DNA of 61,208 nucleotides from a virus (lineage: Duplodnaviria; Caudoviricetes). The translations under genes and the position numbers were made by a program. The stretch's first letter is position 1. Each line of letters opens with the position of its first letter. Shown here piece after piece: positions 58,412 through 61,208 of the stretch. The notes under the pieces were generated by a model. The model ran no database searches, was not told the DNA's origin, and was given only the letters and a program-made list of their open reading frames with translations. The stretch spans positions 1-61,208 of IMG/VR virus record IMGVR_UViG_3300032227_000235. One strand, written 5' to 3'.

Positions 58412-58663
58412 ATGATCATGGGTGAATATGCTGGCAAAGATTTAATCGCCAATTCAAAGAAAAAAGATGAGTCCTTCAAGAAGGGCGGTCGCACGAAGAA
58501 GAAATGTGGCGGCGTGATGAGTGCTGCTGCTCACAAGAAAGAGATGAAGGCTTGCGGTGGCGCTAGCGGTATGCGCGCTGATCGTCCTGCTCGTAAAGCT
58601 GGTGGGCCTGTCTTCTCTGCTGCTGCTCATGGTGAGCCTCGCGGCAAGGCTTCTAATTACTAA
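58412..58663 (+). CDS. Small basic protein with KxGG motifs
   Basis: FKKGG, KKCGG, KACGG, RADR.ARKAGG (shared with the 407-aa protein). Confidence 0.7.
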   Translation: MIMGEYAGKDLIANSKKKDESFKKGGRTKKKCGGVMSAAAHKKEMKACGGASGMRADRPARKAGGPVFSAAAHGEPRGKASNY

Positions 58664-58747
58664 TCGCCTGTTTCGATCAGGCGTTGCTCGCATAGCGGGC
58701 GCGGGAGGGTCCATTCCTCCCGCAATCTATCAAATGGAGCGTTATAG

Positions 58748-59404
58748 ATGCAGCCGATTACGATTGAAGCCTTTGCTCAAGGCGCTGATGCACAGGCTGT
58801 ATGTCTGGCGCAAGTAATTCCTAATGATGAAGTTTTAGATATTAACGGCAATAGCGCATCTGGCGGTATTGTTGATTTCCCGTTTCCTCGGCGCCTTGTC
58901 GTGCGCGGAACGGATGCTGCTTCTGAAGGTATTATCATTACGATCACTGGCACAGATCAAGCTGGTGCGCCGCAAATAGAAGTGTTCAGAATACTTGTTC
59001 AAGACACTGATTACACTGGCAAGCTGGAATTCAACACTGTCACTGAGGTGCGCGCTAACATTGGTGGAATAGGCACCGTTCAGGTTGGCACATCCGGGAT
59101 TGTTGGATCTAATTGGGCGCGTCTTGATACATGGGCGATCGGTCCGACGATTATTCAGATCACATCATCCGGCAATGCAAATTATACATTGCAGACGACA
59201 TTGGACGATCCCAATAGCTATCTAAACCCAATTGATCCAGACAATGTGCGGTGGTTCCCGTCAACTGACACTAATGTTGTGAACACGACCGGCAATAAAC
59301 AGACGACGCTAGCAGTAAATCCTGTCTTCATCCGGCTGCTTGTTAATTCTGGCACCGGAACCGTTCAAGCAATTGTTCAACAAACTGGTGGCCCAACTTT
59401 CTAA
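58748..59404 (+). CDS. Beta-rich virion structural protein
   Basis: TITGTD..G....E, F.TVT, NYTLQ.TLDDPN, IRL.VNSGTG. Confidence 0.7.
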   Translation: MQPITIEAFAQGADAQAVCLAQVIPNDEVLDINGNSASGGIVDFPFPRRLVVRGTDAASEGIIITITGTDQAGAPQIEVFRILVQDTDYTGKLEFNTVTEVRANIGGIGTVQVGTSGIVGSNWARLDTWAIGPTIIQITSSGNANYTLQTTLDDPNSYLNPIDPDNVRWFPSTDTNVVNTTGNKQTTLAVNPVFIRLLVNSGTGTVQAIVQQTGGPTF

Positions 59405-59419
59405 TCTTTGGAGTCTGAC

Positions 59420-61117
59420 ATGACTGATGAAAACGGTAGCGTTAAGAAAAAGGGCGATGATGCGGCGGTTGTTTATGTTGAAACAGTCAATGGCTATGTT
59501 GGGCCAAATGTAATTCTAACTGCGAATGATGTTAAGGCTTACACGACTGCACAGTCTGACGCTAAGTTTACTGTTCCGATTGCTTCTGCGACTGTTGCCG
59601 GCAAGATCAAAGTTGGCGCTGGCCTGACAATTGACGCCAATGGTGTGCTTGGAACGAATAGTGCTGCTCCTAATTGGGATGCAATTACGAATAAACCGAC
59701 AGAATTCCCGCCGAATAAGGCTGGATTGAGTGTTGTTGGCGGCATTATAGTTGGCACAGGCTTGTCAATTGCTGCTGACGGCACACTGTCTGCGACTGCG
59801 ACGGCTCCTGATTGGTCACAGATCACTGGAAAGCCCGCTGCATATCCGCCAACAACTGCATCTGCTACGCAAATTGGCGGTGTTAAGCAGGGATCTGGCA
59901 TTTTTATCGATCCTGTCACTGGAACGATCAATGCTTCTAGTGCTTTGCCGACATGGGATCAGGTTCAGGACAAGCCTGTTACGTTTCCGCCTCCGATTGC
60001 TTCTAATTCCGTGCTTGGTGGCGTTAAAGAAGGTGTTGGTGTCGAGATTGGCTCTGATGGCACGATTAGTTCCATCACCAATTGGAACGATATTATCCAA
60101 AAGCCAGCCGAATTCCCGCCTATTCCTGCAACTGATACGGTTCGTGGTGGTGTTTTCATCGGCGCCGGCTTGAAGGGTGACGGTAACGGCGTTCTTTCGC
60201 TTGATATTGCGCGCACGAATGAAATTGGCGGCATTATTCCCGGCGATACGCTTGCGACTGACCCTGTTTCTGGTCGAACGGATGTCGTTCCTGCTTCAAA
60301 AGAGAATGTCGGCTGCGTAAAGATTGGCGATACTCTCTACATCGATGATCAGGGCTTTCTTGAAGCTAATCCGGGCGCTATTCAGCCAGCAACTAGCGAT
60401 ACTCTTGGTGGCGTAAAGATTGGCGAAGGCGTCAATGTAACGGAAGAGGGCGTTATTTCTGTTCCTCCGTTTCCAATTCCAACAAGTCGTTGGCGCTCTG
60501 GCAATCCCGGCAACAATCAGGATTGGACGGGAACATGGAAAGTTCCTGCTGGTTGTAAAGTATTCCGCGTTACGGTTGTCGGCAGTGGTGGCACAAGCGG
60601 TAACATTCCTACGGCTGGCGCTAAAACTGGTTCTGGCGGCGGTGGCGGTGGTGGATGGATTCAAGAAGTCTACTTTGGTTTCAAAGAAGGCGATGAATTC
60701 AAAATCATGGTCAACAACACGATTACCAATCCAACTGGTGGTGTCGCTTTCGGCCCTGTTGGTGGTAAAAATTATTTGCGCGCAACATCTGGTAGCGTAG
60801 GTGCTGCTGCAAAATATTCTACCGCCGAAGTCGCCTTTGGCGGCGTTGGTGGCAATGGCTATGTTGATGATGCGCCAGAAGGCAAATGCACTGGCGTTCC
60901 TATGTCCGGCCAAGGTGGTTCCGGCGGAATTGGATTTGCCGCTGGCGGCGGCGCTTTAATTTGGGGCTATTCTGGTTCTTCCTACTTTGGTGGCGCAAGC
61001 AGAGAGCTAATCCAAAGCCGTCTGTCTGCGGGCTGCGGTGGTCCGGGCGTTTATACCTCAACCACAACAAGTGGTGGCGTTGCTGGCATGGCTGGCATTG
61101 TGATCATCGAGTGGTAA
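59420..61117 (+). CDS. Head-fibre-like repeat protein with Gly-rich C-terminal domain
   Basis: About 8 A....GG[VI]..G.G repeats with W..I..KP..FPP linkers; W.VPAG...RVTVVG.GG...G.VIIEW. Confidence 0.75.
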   Translation: MTDENGSVKKKGDDAAVVYVETVNGYVGPNVILTANDVKAYTTAQSDAKFTVPIASATVAGKIKVGAGLTIDANGVLGTNSAAPNWDAITNKPTEFPPNKAGLSVVGGIIVGTGLSIAADGTLSATATAPDWSQITGKPAAYPPTTASATQIGGVKQGSGIFIDPVTGTINASSALPTWDQVQDKPVTFPPPIASNSVLGGVKEGVGVEIGSDGTISSITNWNDIIQKPAEFPPIPATDTVRGGVFIGAGLKGDGNGVLSLDIARTNEIGGIIPGDTLATDPVSGRTDVVPASKENVGCVKIGDTLYIDDQGFLEANPGAIQPATSDTLGGVKIGEGVNVTEEGVISVPPFPIPTSRWRSGNPGNNQDWTGTWKVPAGCKVFRVTVVGSGGTSGNIPTAGAKTGSGGGGGGGWIQEVYFGFKEGDEFKIMVNNTITNPTGGVAFGPVGGKNYLRATSGSVGAAAKYSTAEVAFGGVGGNGYVDDAPEGKCTGVPMSGQGGSGGIGFAAGGGALIWGYSGSSYFGGASRELIQSRLSAGCGGPGVYTSTTTSGGVAGMAGIVIIEW

Positions 61118-61208
61118 TCCAATGACTGAGAAACCAGTTTGGAAAAAATCACGGCCAGAGGGATTAGGGAAATCCAAGTCTCTCGATCAGCAAGATAAAA
61201 ATCGCGCA
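61086..61208. repeat. Second copy of the 123-bp terminal overlap
   Basis: Identical to 1-123. Confidence 0.97.

Noticed and set aside
61086-61208. Terminal repeat as a physical direct terminal repeat
   Set aside because: It falls across two structural genes and is best explained as assembler overlap of a circular contig; read data would be needed to claim real ends

Overview
The window is an apparently complete, circularly assembled genome (about 61,085 bp; positions 1-123 are repeated at 61086-61208) of a temperate, short-tailed (podovirus-type) dsDNA phage. The host is most likely an alphaproteobacterium, judging by GapR, GcrA-like and DnaA-domain-IV genes and an attP resembling a tRNA-Leu 3' end. 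Gene order: head completion genes, two collagen-like tail fibres with a coupled GT2-TPR glycosyltransferase, lysis, tail, and giant ejection proteins (1-23.2 kb); attP, integrase and a leftward recombination operon (23.2-28.6 kb); CI/Cro switch; methyltransferases, replication and accessory genes (29.5-41.3 kb); terminase, portal, a 1664-aa multidomain protein, GroES, scaffold and capsid genes (41.4-61.1 kb). Best leads: (1) a short x-x-x-G-G-[R/S/K] motif that marks domain boundaries in five probable internal virion proteins, suggesting a polyprotein processing or capsid-loading system with a candidate 126-aa partner protein; (2) a BclA/SgtA-like fibre glycosylation module; (3) a C5 methyltransferase split over two overlapping frames; (4) a genome-wide 16-bp operator; (5) structured RNAs flanking the capsid genes. 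All family calls come from motif recognition by eye; no searches were run.
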